Assembly (NCBI RefSeq): GCF_964355755.1
Contig: NC_092671.1
Coordinates: forward strand, 39,008,304 to 39,072,303
Source: Antedon mediterranea
Lineage: Eukaryota > Animalia > Echinodermata
Direction: 5' to 3'
DNA length: 64,000 bases
Part shown: positions 1-12,637 of the stretch, piece by piece
How positions within the stretch are numbered: the stretch's first letter is position 1
Layout of the letters: every line of letters begins with the position of its first letter
Program-made: the position numbers and the translations under genes
The notes under the pieces: model-generated
The model's database searches: none
The model's input: the letters and a program-made list of their open reading frames with translations, nothing else
What the model was told of the DNA's origin: nothing

Positions 1-371
1 TAAATATTATTTTTATTTGAATCAATGTATAACCTATAATCTAGTTAATATGTTATGATTTTTTTATGTGTACATTTTGATTGATAGATGAATTAAGGCT
101 ATGTTTATTATATTTGTCATCTCATTTTCCATCAAACCAGAAAATATTGTGAAGTATAGTAGATTGACCTGTGTCTATTTCTGGTATCTAAAGCTCTGTC
201 TACACTATCAAACATTATGTAACAAAAAAAAAAGTGTGGTACCCATATATGGTCATATCACTACCATATTTGGGCACATCGCTACTATATTTGGTCATAT
301 AATTACCATATTTGGACACATCATTTTGTTGGGAGCTGAATGCAATCCCTTTATTATTTTGTTAACTTCAG

Positions 372-3300
372 GTACAAGAAACAATAGCATGGTTGAGTAC
401 ATTTTTCAGCAAGTTAAGGAACACTAACCCAGACCTAGCTAAGTTTGGACTCTACTCACAGTGGAAAGTGTACATCCAACCGTTAGCAAACCTATTCAGG
501 TTTCTTATCACAGTGTACATTGTGCATGAATCTGCTAGAATAGTTGAACTTCAACAAAATCTTGAACAAGGTAATAGAGTCGTATTGTTTTCATTTGAAT
601 TATCAAACAAACTCGCCAATTACAGGATGGATAAATTATTTTATAATTTAACGTGCTTATAAATTGTTTAGGCTTAAAGAATAGAGTTGAAAGAAGGCCG
701 GACCTTGGGATTGGAAAGCAAGCACATTAACCTACAAGCTACAGCTCCACTACAACGCTTGTGATTATTATAATTATCCGTTCACACAGATAGATAACAA
801 TCGGTTTTTATTTTCTTTCCAGGCATCCAAAGTCAGTGGATGGTAATATGTGGACTTTTTGCTCCATGGATCGACACGGTTCCAGTACCGTCTCCATCTG
901 AGTAAGGATTATTTATGACTACATTGTGATCTAAAGATGTCATGTCTCTTGTCACACATCCGTTTATACTTAGTTCACTTACTTTATTTATTATTATTTA
1001 AAGTTTTTATTTATTTCAGCCCATCAAAAACAATTTTTCTGCCTGCGTGGGTTGAGGTAGACTGGCCATTAGGAGCTATTCTAGTGGCTATATTTGCTGA
1101 GGCGGTTAGGAGTTTGACAATACAGTTTCAACGTAAGTTATTGTTAAAAGATAAAAGAGAAATTATGCAGTGGAATTATGCTAATTACAATCATAAATAT
1201 GATTATCAACAGATTATTATTATTATTATTGTATGCTATATGTATTTCTTTTCAACATGTTAAATATATAAATAAATTTTTAACCTTCTAGCGTATCTGG
1301 CAGCCTCTGGCAAAGATGCAATGTCTCTTTTGTTGTTTTATTACGCAAACTCGCTAGCAAAGAAGGATGTCACAGAGGACGCTCTTCAAATTTACAACCG
1401 ACGATTTCAGGCATTACCATGGCATCAATATCATCCAGATATTCATTGTATGGACCTCATGTTAAAGGTAACTTAAACATTTTAAGAATATTAATGTTAA
1501 TGAGTTAATTAAAAAATCTGATTAAAAAGTTATTATTAAAAAGTTTGGTTTTTTGGGGCACCTGTATGTTGATAATGTGCACCTGTATGTTGATAATGTG
1601 CACCTGTATGCTGATAATGTACACCTGTATGTTGATTATAATGTACACCTGTGTGTTGATAATGTACACCTGTGTGTTGATAACGTACACCTGTGTGTTG
1701 ATTATAACGTACACCTGTGTGTTGATTATAACGTACACCTGTGTGTTGATTATAATGTACACCTGTATGTTGATAATGTGCACCTGTATGTTGATTATAA
1801 TGTGCACCTGTATGTTGATTATAATGTACACCTGTGTGTTGATTATAATGTACACCTGTGTGTTGATAATGTACACCTGTATGTTGATTATAATGTACAC
1901 CTGTATGTTGATAATGTACACCTGTATGTTGATAATGTACACCTGTATGCTGATAATGTGCACCTGTATGCTGATAATGTACACCTGTGTGTTGATTATA
2001 ATGTACACCTGTGTGTTGATTATAACGTACACCTGTGTGTGGATTATTATGTGCACCTGTGTGTTGATTATAATGTACACCTGTATGTTGATAATGTGCA
2101 CCTGTATGTTGATTATAACGTCCACCTGTATGTGGATTATAATGTGCACCTGTATGTTGATTATAATGTGCACCTGTATGTTGATTATAATGTGCACCTG
2201 TATGTTGATTATAATGTGCACCTGTATGTTGATTATAATGTGCACCTGTATGTTGATTATAATGTGCACCTGTATGTTGATAATGTGCACCTGTATGTTG
2301 ATAATGTGCACCTGTATGTTGATTATAACGTCCACCTGTATGTTGATTATAATGTCCACCTGTGTGTTGATTATAATGTCCACCTGTGTGTTGATTATAA
2401 TGTCCACCTGTGTGTTGATTATAATGTACACCTGTATGCTGATAATGTACACCTGTGTGTTGATTATAATGTACACCTGTGTGTTGATAATGTACACCTG
2501 TATGTTGATAATGTGCACCTGTATGTTGATTATAATGTCCACCTGTGTGTTGATTATAATGTACACCTGTATGCTGATAATGTACACCTGTGTGTTGATT
2601 ATAATGTACACCTGTGTGTTGATTATAATGTACACCTGTGTGTTGATAATGTACACCTGTATGTTGATTATAACCTCCACCTGTATGTTGATTATAATGT
2701 GCACCTGTATGTTGATTATAATGTGCACCTGTATGTTGATTATAATGTGCACCTGTATGTTGATTATAATGTGCACCTGTATGTTGATTATAATGTGTAC
2801 CTGTATGTTGATTATAACGTCCACCTGTATGTTTATTATAACGTCCACCTGTATGTTGATTATAACGTCCACCTGTATGTTGATTATAACGTGCACCTGT
2901 ATGTTGATTATAATGTGCACCTGTATGTTGATTATAATGTGCACCTGTATGTTGATAATGTGCACCTGTATGTTGATTATAATGTGCACCTGTATGTTGA
3001 TTATAATGTGCACCTGTATGTTGATTATAATGTACACCTGTATCTAATATGTACGTCCTTTCATCCATTTAGATGTATGAGTCCAATCCACCTGGTTGCT
3101 TTGTGTTTCTTAGCAACATCCTACCTATGATGAATTGGCCAGCAATACTTCAGTACTATACCCAAACAGAACATCCGACCACCGTCACTCGATTCTCTTC
3201 AAACTTTTTATCTATCCTGATTATGTTAGCATCAAATAAAAATATCATGACAAAGCCGGTAGGTATCCAAGCTTATGTAAACAATGATAAAATATAGGCT

Positions 3301-6300
3301 TAATTTTAGAATATATTTAAAATATGAGTGGAAGATGCTTAGCCTCGACTGATGCATCCAATATGGAAACAAAATATGTGATGTGTCTATATAGGGACAT
3401 GATGATGTCATATCACTGCCATATTTTGGCACAACACATTTTTGTCACATAAAGTTTTATAGTGTAGATAGAGTTTTAAAATGGTTATGTGTGGAAGATG
3501 TTTTGCTTGGACTGATCCATTTGTTTAAAGGGGTTTCCATTCTAACATGATTCAAAATATTATTTTCAGCTCAGTAAAGTACCAGCCTTCATTGCAAGTG
3601 CTCAATCGTTGGATTGGCATTGGTTGGACGCACAATCCTTTGAAGCGGCCACTCAGTGGCAGATAGAAAACTCGGACCCTCGGGACATTCTGTGCGCCAG
3701 GGGATACGTCAACAACAACATTACAGAGTAAGTTATTCAGAGTTCTTCCAAACAATAAGCTTTAACAATTAAGAAGACTTATATAACCAGATTCTATATT
3801 TTTACTACCGTTATCGCTATCTCTGTAAATTGGTCTTTATAACCAATAGATACAGCCTATACATTTGCTTTATTCTCAAACCTAATATCTGAAAATTAGT
3901 CTAGGAAGCCAAAAGGTATAATGCCTTTATTGTGCAACTCAAGCAAGCCCTTATCCTCAGTCATAAAATAATCTCACCCAAAACCTTTTTTTTCACAATG
4001 ACAAAAAAACTTCATTTTGAATAGCCAAACAAACGAAAAACCTACAGTATATTAAACTTTTAATTCTATAAATTTCTTTCATTAATTTATTGCATCATCA
4101 TCAGGAATTCACGTGTTCAGTATGGTTTGAGGTAGGCTGTTTGTGCAACCTTGTCCGTCGCTGCCATCCTTCGTTTTTAACAATCACTTTCTAATAAATG
4201 TCTTTGCAATCTTAAACTTCTTTATAGTGTTTATTGTACTTTATCTGCTTTGTATATAATGCTAATATTTTTTTTTCTGCATGTAGGTTTTAATAACATA
4301 AAGTAATTTTTTTATTTTGATATAAATTGTATATATTGTTTGTCACTAGCTATTACCTGCTACTGTACCTGCTTAAAAAGTCATTCTTATTTCACAGTTT
4401 GTGATTCAATTCAATGCACTTTGCTGTAAACCTAAAGCTCTGTTTACACTATCAAACTTCATGTGACAAAAAAATCTTATGTGCCCATATATGAACATGG
4501 TGATTTCATATCACTACTATATTTGAGTATATCACTACCATATTTGGGCACATCACACTTGTTTGATAGTGTGGACAGAGCTTTATACTCTGCTTACTCA
4601 TTCGTAACACACTACTACTACTTTTTTGTTAATTATATGTAATATAGCTGATCTGTCTTTTTTTAAAGAACCGTGTGAAAAATATAGTGTGTTCTGTCTT
4701 AATGTCTGTCTTCACTATCAAACTAGTTTGACAAACAAAGTGTGATGTACCCAAATATGGTAGTGATATGCCGAAAAAAGGTAGCGATATGATATCGTCA
4801 TTTTTGTCACATAAAGTTTGACAGTGTAGACAGAGCTTAACAATTATCAATTTAATTAAAAATCTTGTTACAATATGAATATTAATTTCTTTCTTTATAC
4901 AGCTTACTACGTGCAATTGCTGGTTTCAATTCCGAGTCAGCAGACTGGCCAGAGGGATCATTGAAACGCCACTCCTATGTGAACCTTTTGATTAGTCTGC
5001 TGTGTAAGGTGTCACACATGAAAGATGTGAACCAGGATATGTTTGAGAGCATCATCCACAATCTTCTCAATGATATTGAGATTGTTGGCACTGCAGGTGG
5101 GTTGCTTTAGTCATTTAATAATTAATGTAGCATACATACTTCGGATGGGATGTAAAGCTGTTGGTCCTGTGTACATAATATAGTGTACATTAAAGAACTT
5201 GGTACACTATTTCAAAAGAATAGGGGATCATCTCCCGGTGTGCTAATCTGTAGGCGCTGCACTGTTGGCTGTCGTGGGTCCAGAGGGCCTAATCCAAATT
5301 TCCTTAGTTTTCAATTACGCTTGAGGACCAGAATAAATATATCTAATATTTAACATTGACTAATTCGGGCGTCAATTTTATTTGCATTATTGTCAAATAA
5401 ATTATCATACCAGCGACCACACCACATGAGTGACCGGTATAAAAAAACAACAAATTACAAAATTTGGAGTTCACATTTAGAATAGAAATGAAGCATACTT
5501 GCCACCCATCAACTTAAATTGTTATCTTTGTTCATTTCAAGGTGGACTGACCATGGACCAGAATGTTGAATTAGTATCGTTGATCACCACAGTACTAAGT
5601 CTTCTTAATAACTGCAATCCCATTGGTGGACTCTTGACCGTGGCTCAAGAAAGTATTTTGAAGTGGATTGCAGTGACGTCCAGTAGCATGGTGTTACCGT
5701 TCATAACCGCTGCTTGTCGGGCATTAGCGTCAATTAAGGAGATGGCGCTGCTCATTGAGGTCTGCATATACACTCATTTCAAAGCAGGTAAAGCCTTTCA
5801 AGTTATTGTTTAAAATAAACATGTTTTCTATAGCTTTTTGGCATAACAAATGTTGTGTATATTGTGTGGAGCCTTTAAATCAATTGGGACTACTAGACAT
5901 ACTTCGCCTACAAAAACTCTGAAGTCTACACACACCAATGCGTAGGTTCAGTGTACACATCTTAGCTTATGTGCACTTTAAATAACCTAGTACTGTAGTA
6001 CATCTTCCTGGGTTCAATTCTGACCTAGTGCCAGTGTTCTTCACTTTCTAAGCCTAAATTAGACTTAATTTATAAGCACGGTAAATGATTAAACAGTTTA
6101 TCCATCCTGTAATTGAGGAGTTACACGCGTGTGAAATAAAAAAAAACATTATCACTTTATAATAGATTAATTATTAATATTAAATATAATTAATAGTTAA
6201 ATAATTATTATTAAATACATGATATTATTTCTTAGCTGATTTGAGTGTAGAAAATAAGTTTGGCTGGGGGCCAGTGCTTGGAGTGTTGGAAGTGCCAGAA

Positions 6301-9300
6301 CTATCTCCTCAAGAGTTTCTTGTGGAATGTGAAATGAATAGCTGTTACCTTATTATGTATGCGTATATCCTGCAAAACCTACCAAAGTGTAAGAGCTTAG
6401 AAGAGGAGCTTGCGTTACTTACAACATTCATCAACTGGAATATGCATTGTAAACCAAGGTTACAAAAAGATATTTTACATTTTAAATTTCACCCCGTTTT
6501 TAATAATAATAATCTTAATTAAATCTGTATGGCGCATAATACATATGGTCTCTATGTGCTGTGGACTCGGATGTTATACTTTTCATTGATATGCTTCTCC
6601 CCTAAGAGTCACGTCATGTCAGTGCAGCCACTATAAGCCACACTCTACGTCCATGTTCTTGAATATTCTTCTTTTAAAAGAACAAGCTCTAAGCCATGTT
6701 CATTATTAGATAACTAAATGTTGCATGTTTGATAATGGTCCGTCCCTAAGGATCTTTCCACGACATATACACTGTATGGCAGAGCATAAAAAGGGTTATC
6801 ACCTGCGGCAGATCCAGGATTTTGAAATGGAGGGCCTAATATTGGCAAATTTTAGGTGCCAAACTGAAATTATTAATTATTATTATTAATTTGCATTACA
6901 ATTTGCAAAATTTAGCGATCACTAGCCCCTTGCTTTTTTAAAAGTGTACACACTATTCCACAACATAGACCATACTCAAGTTGGTATTACTGTATGTATA
7001 TATTAATCCAAAGGCAAATTACTGGAAAATACTATCAGTTTCAGTGGCTGGATCTCAATGCAAATATATAGTATTGTAAATAAAATAAAAATATAGTAAA
7101 TATAATAATATAATATATATAATGACTCCACCCTGTCTCTTTTGTTGTATTTCTTTTATTCCTGTCCACCCAGGCAGCACTTGCCACCTCTTATACTATG
7201 ACGTTATCCAAATTCCTTCACTTGCACTGATGAAGGGCTAGTGTTGCCCGAAAGCTCTGCTAACTTTTCTGGCTGTTTACTTATTGTTTTGATTTAGCTT
7301 ATCGCTTTTTTTTTGTATCTCAATTGAGATCCAGCCACTGATACCCACAGCATTGTCATTTTGTATCTCCATTGAGATCCAGCCACTGATACCCACAGCA
7401 TTGTCATTTTGTATCTCCATTGAGATCCAGCCACTGATACCCACAGCATTGTTATTTTGTATCTCCATTGAGATCCAGCCACTGATACCCACAGCTTGTC
7501 ATTTTTTCAGTGCTTATTTTATTTTGTATCTCCATTTATATCCAGCCACTGATACCCACAGCATTGTCATTTTTTCAGTGCTTTTTTTTTTGTATCTCAA
7601 TTGAGATCCAGCCACTGATACCCACAGCATTGTCATTTTTTCAGTGCTTTTTTTTTTGTATCTCAATTGAGATCCAGCCACTGATAATCACAGCATTGTC
7701 ATTTTTTCAGTGTTTTTTTTTTTTGTATCTCAATTGAGATCCAGCCACTGATACCCACAGCATTGTCATTTTTTCAGTGATTTTTTTTTTTGTATCTCAA
7801 TTGAGATCCAGCCACTGATACCCACAGCATTGTCATTTTGTATCTCCATTGAGATCCAGCCACTGATACCCACAGCATTGTCATTTTTTCAGTGTTTTTT
7901 TTTTTTTTTGTATCTCCATTGAGATCCAGCCACTGATACCCACAGCATTGTCATTTTTTCAGTGTTTTTTTTTTGTATCTCAATTGAGATCCAGCCACTG
8001 ATACCCACAGCATTGTCATTTTTTCAGTGCTTTTTTTTTTTGTATCTCAATTGAGATCCAGCCACTGATACCCACAGCATTGTCATTTTGTATCTCCATT
8101 GAGATCCAGCCACTGATACCCATAGCATTGTTATTTTGTATCTCCATTGAGATCCAGCCACTGATACCCACAGCATTGTCATTTTTTCAGTGCTTATTTT
8201 ATTTTGTATCTCCATTTATATCCAGCCACTGATACCCACAGCATTGTCATTTTTTCAGTGCTTTTTTTTTTGTATCTCAATTGAGATCCAGCCACTGATA
8301 CCCACAGCATTGTCATTTTTTCAGTGCTTTTTTTTTTGTATCTCAATTGAGATCCAGCCACTGATACCCACAGCATTGTCATTTTTTCAGTGTTTTTTTT
8401 TTTTGTATCTCAATTGAGATCCAGCCACTGATACCCACAGCATTGTCATTTTTTCAGTGCTTTTTTTTTGTATCTCAATTGAGATCCAGCCACTGATACC
8501 CACAGCATTGTCATTTTTTCAGTGTTTTTTTTTTTTGTATCTCAATTGAGATCCAGCCACTGATACCCACAGCATTGTCATTTTTTCAGTGCTTTTTTTT
8601 TTGTATCTCAATTGAGATCCAGCCACTGATACCCACAGCATTGTCATTTTTTCAGTAATTTGCCTTTAGATTTATAATATATAATGTATCTCCTTACAGA
8701 CGAGAAAACGAGGTAAAGCTGCTGCTGTGGTGGAACAAGATCATTGAACTGTGTCTACGTCAGGTGGAATTTGGAGCAAAACAAGAACTTATTGTACGCA
8801 CACTCAACAACTTTATCCCCGCTATTGCTGTTCTGGGAGAGGACAAGAAATCTGGAGGAATTCTCGGTGCAATTGGTCTCGGAAAACGATCGGATTTATC
8901 AATAAAGTCAGTGAATTTACTTACAACATTTATTTGGGCTTGATGACAGGGGAAAGAGAATAAAGCACTATCATCTTTATCTATTACTACTAATCTATTA
9001 ATACTGTAAATTTACTTTAATATTTAATAATACTTATTATATTCAAATCACATAAATAACAATATTAGTTACTTGTATGAAGCTCTGTCTACACTATCAA
9101 ATTATTTTGACAAAAAAATGTGATGTGCCCAAATACGGTAGTAATATGCCCAAATATGGTAGTTATATGACATCATCATGTCCATATATGGGCACATCAA
9201 ATTTTGTTTGTCACATAAAGTTTAATAGTGTAGACAGAGCTTTATATTTATTTGCATTCATTTTCAGATTCCGATTAGCAGCACGTGTTCTTGCAGCGTA

Positions 9301-9631
9301 CGTAGCCGTTCAAATACCTGGTGACACAGGCCTAAGATTAGAACCCAACTCACCTGGAGCCATCCTGCCCGGCACAAAGCTTTCATCACCAACTGGGCCT
9401 AAAGGTTCTAGGCCTAGCGCTCTGGCATTACAAACATTCAAAACTCTGGAAACTACAATAGATAATAAGGCTTATTTTAACATCAGAGACACCGCCCTCT
9501 TTGCGAGGAAGTTTCTTCAAGATCCTACGCACACGTTACGAGATACGAACACGTTGCTGTCACATGTTGCAGTTAACTTATACCCAAATGAACGTTGTTT
9601 AGCTGTTGTTAACCGAGCCAATGACAGTTAA
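372..9631 (+). CDS. EPG5: Ectopic P granules protein 5 (autophagy tether), 3' portion, 11 exons; the 5' part lies outside the window
   Basis: GT-AG exons with consistent phases: 372-570, 823-901, 1020-1132, 1292-1467, 3073-3258, 3570-3727, 4903-5096, 5542-5787, 6236-6458, 8700-8906, 9268-9631 (stop TAA). The translation contains FFSKLR..FGLYSQW, EVKLLLWWNK and LGEDKKSGGILGAIGLGKRSDLSIKFRLAARVLAAYVAVQIP, matching the recalled EPG5 C-terminus. Confidence 0.9.
1555..3043. repeat. Intronic minisatellite with 21/24-bp units CACCTGT(A/G)TGTTGAT(TAT)AATGT(A/G/C)
   Basis: Directly visible tandem array of about 65 units in EPG5 intron 1468-3072; it explains four spurious ~500-aa ORFs. Confidence 0.97.
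4436..4582. mobile_element. MITE family A copy (putative PIF/Harbinger-type; TIR AGCTCTGTCTACACTATCAAA)
   Basis: TIRs at both ends, TWA flanks, internal 21-bp TATCACTACCATATTTGGGCA unit. Further partial or complete copies near 191-325, 3360-3476 and 4700-4837. Confidence 0.85.
5140..5250 (+). mobile_element. SINE central-domain remnant (Deu/Meta-domain-like)
   Basis: CTTCGGATGGGATGTAAAGC...TAAAGAAC...AATAGGGG...CCCGGTGT resembles the recalled conserved SINE central domain; a similar remnant lies at about 33565-33660. Confidence 0.4.
7224..7260 (+). ncRNA. Candidate minimal type I hammerhead ribozyme (Penelope-like element remnant)
   Basis: GCA-CTGATGA-A-GGGC-tagtgtt-GCCC-GAAA-GC-TC-TGC: intact catalytic core, 4-bp stem II, palindromic AGCT in place of stem III, 3-bp stem I. 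Confidence 0.6.
7311..8655. repeat. Intronic tandem repeat: 48-bp core with an optional ~20-bp T-rich linker
   Basis: About 22 copies of TTGTATCTC(A/C)ATTGAGATCCAGCCACTGATACCCACAGCATTGTCATT, with or without TTTTCAGTG(C/T)T(n). Confidence 0.96.
9081..9241. mobile_element. MITE family A copy
   Basis: Complete TIRs; ends 26 bp upstream of the last EPG5 exon. Confidence 0.88.
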
Positions 9632-10295
9632 AATATCAATATTAGTGACACCAACACACAGAAATTAAATTATATAGATATAAAATAAATGAATTATATT
9701 GTATAAAATATCTTGTGGATATTAGCAGTTTAACCCACTATTTTTTTTTTATTGGTAAATTAAAAACATTTAAATATGTTGAAATTCAAAGGTTTGTTAT
9801 TATCCTATTCGATCTTAAAACATTTTTAAATATGAAGTTATGTTATTGGTAAAATTAAACTATTTGAATTATGTTAAAAAACTAAAACTTTACTTTTTTA
9901 ATATTCAAAATAAATTTGTTACAATAAGACAAGATTGGCAATAAATTCTTCCAATTTGTGCAATTTTATAATTTTAGTTAAGCAACAATTTAAATATGTA
10001 ACTGTATTCATATTAAACCATATAATTTTAAATCTTTAAAATTGTTATATTTTTATTTAGGTCATGAAATTATTAGGTTATGTAATAGATTACTGATAAC
10101 AGTAACTGTTTAGTATTTGGTTCATAAAAATATAAAATAATATATTCTGCAATATAGAAATTTAATATTGTTTTTTTTAAATTTCAACTGTTATAGAAAT
10201 CTAAGTATATAAAAGAAAATTGTTTTGTTGCCAAATAACAAAGGGTTTTACTTTTTATTGATTATTAAAATAAAGAAATTATGAAACAACAACAA

Positions 10296-11985
10296 CATAA
10301 ATGGTTACTATAGCACAATTGACTTGCGCAGAATCCATTATTCGAATCTGCGCATGTTTATTGATTTATTCAATATCAGCTCAACAGAATACATAAAAAT
10401 ATATAATGAAACAAAAAGACAGGATTGTCAAAAGCGAACCCAATCACTGTTTATTATGCTATAGTAACCATTTATGTCAAAAGTGGTTACTTTTGACATA
10501 AATGGTTACTAATACGAATAATGGGTTCTGCACATTTCAATTGTGCTATAGTAACCAGTTTTGACATAAATGGTTACTATTGCATAATAAACATGTGCAG
10601 AAACGAATGGGTTGTGCGCATGTTAATTGTGCTATAGTAACCAGTTTTATCGAAAAATAAAAAGGTCGAAAATTGGCAATTTTTTTGAAAAAATCCCTGT
10701 ACTTATAGTACAGGGAAATTTTCGAAAAATGGCCGATTTTCGACTCTTTTATTTTTTGACATAAATGCTTACTATAGCTTAATAAACATGCGCAGAGTCG
10801 AATAATGAGTTCTGCGCATGTCAATTGTGCTATAGTAACCAGTTTTATCGAAAAATAAAAAGGTCGAAAATTGCCAATTTTTTTGAAAAAATCCCTGTAC
10901 TATAGTACAGAGAAATTTTCGAAAAATGGCTGATTTTCGACCCTTTTATTTTTTGACATAAATGGTTACTATTGCATAATAAACATGCGCAGAAACGAAT
11001 AATGAGTTCTGCGCATGTCAATTGTGCTATAGTAACCAGTTTTGACATAAATAGTTACTATAGCAAATAAACATGCGCGGAGTCGAATAATAGGTTCTGC
11101 GCATGTCAATTGTGCTATAGTAACCATTTTTGACATAAATGGTTACTATAGCACAATTTACATACGCAGAGGCGAATAATGGGTTCTGCGCATGTCAATT
11201 GTGCAATAGTAACCAGTTTTATCGAAAAATAAAAAGGTCGAAAATTGGCCATTTTTCGAAAAATGCCGATTTTCGACCCTTTTATTTTTTGACATAAATG
11301 GTTATAGCTTAATAAACATGCGCAATTCTCCTGTACTATTAGTACAGAGATGTTTTCAAAAAATGTTCGACCTTTTTATTTTTGCGATAAAAGTGGTTAC
11401 TATAGCACAATTAACATGCGCAGAGTCGAATAATGGGTTCTGCGCATGTCAATTGTGCTATAGTAACCACTTTGACATAAATGGTTACTATAGCATAATA
11501 GACATGCGCAGAGTCGACTAATGGGTTCTGCGCATTTTAATTGTGCTATAGTAACCACTTTTATCGAAAAATAAAAAGGTTGAAAATTGGCCATTTTTTT
11601 GAAAAAATCCCTGTACTATAGTACAGAGAAATTGGCCGATTTGATTTATATGATCATATATTCCGTTATTATCATCTTATAGTACCATAGAAACCAGTTA
11701 TGTCGGAAAATAAAAGGGTCGAAAATTGGTCATATTTGTACAGGGATTTATTCATGCGACACTTCATGTGACATGCGCAATCAAATAATGTGTTCTGCGC
11801 ATGTAACCAAAGATAGTGTGTAGTAGGCTACACTATCTTTTATGTACCAAAGAATATAATATATCATGTTACCTCAACATAGTTTTTAAAATTCGATATT
11901 TTTTGCAATTTTTTGAAGGGAAATTTTGAACAAATTACCAATTAAAATAATTTCTATCCTTTTATTTTTTGACATAAACTACAAA
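10296..11985. repeat. Complex array of two palindromic (hairpin) modules, foldback-like
   Basis: Module 1: TGGTTACTATAGCACAATTGACATGCGCAGA-loop-TCTGCGCATGTCAATTGTGCTATAGTAACCA. Module 2: ~110-bp imperfect palindrome centred on CTGTACTATAGTACAG. Confidence 0.9.
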
Positions 11986-12487
11986 TGATGGTGGCCGCAT
12001 ACCCGTATTTTGTTGGAATGATATTTTCCCAATGTTATCATCTCTAGGCGCGCCTGCGTTGACTACATGTATGACTCATCGCATTCAGACAGTAAAAACG
12101 ACGCAATTTAAATTACACGCTTCAGTGGTTTTGACAGCAGCACAGTCCAGGCCTTCTTCTGAATATTCTGCTACGTTTTCATAATTTAATATCTGTGTAA
12201 TACCTGAAAATAACAACCAAATTGCCATTCTGATTTTACATCTGCGCTGCGTTAATCGCACAAGTGAGCGCGCGACAACCGTGCACCCACACCCATAATC
12301 AACATTGGGCGTGTGTGCAAATTTAGTTTTAGTTATTCAATTTCATGTACCACCATGACACCACTAAATCGGAGCTGTGATGACCAGCAACATTCAAGAG
12401 TTGACAATTTAGATTGAACTGGTTGGAGTTTATTTACATGATGAGAGGTTTTGACTGAAGTGATACAATTTAGCCTAATCAATATTA

Positions 12488-12637
12488 AGCTCTGTCTACA
12501 CTATCAAACTTTATGTGACAAAAAAATGTGATGTGCCCAATGGACATGATGTCACATCACTACTATATTTGGGCTTATCGCTACCATATTTGGGCACATC
12601 ACACTTTTTTAGTTTGTTTGATAGTGTAGACAGAGCT
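12488..12637. mobile_element. MITE family A copy
   Basis: Complete TIRs, TTA on both flanks. Confidence 0.88.

Noticed and set aside
1505-3130. Four ~500-aa repetitive ORFs on both strands
   Set aside because: Artefacts of a 21/24-bp minisatellite inside an EPG5 intron; the flanking exons splice in phase without it.
7311-8655. CRISPR-like appearance (constant repeat with intervening segments)
   Set aside because: The intervening segments are near-identical T-rich linkers, not unique spacers; no cas genes; eukaryotic intron.
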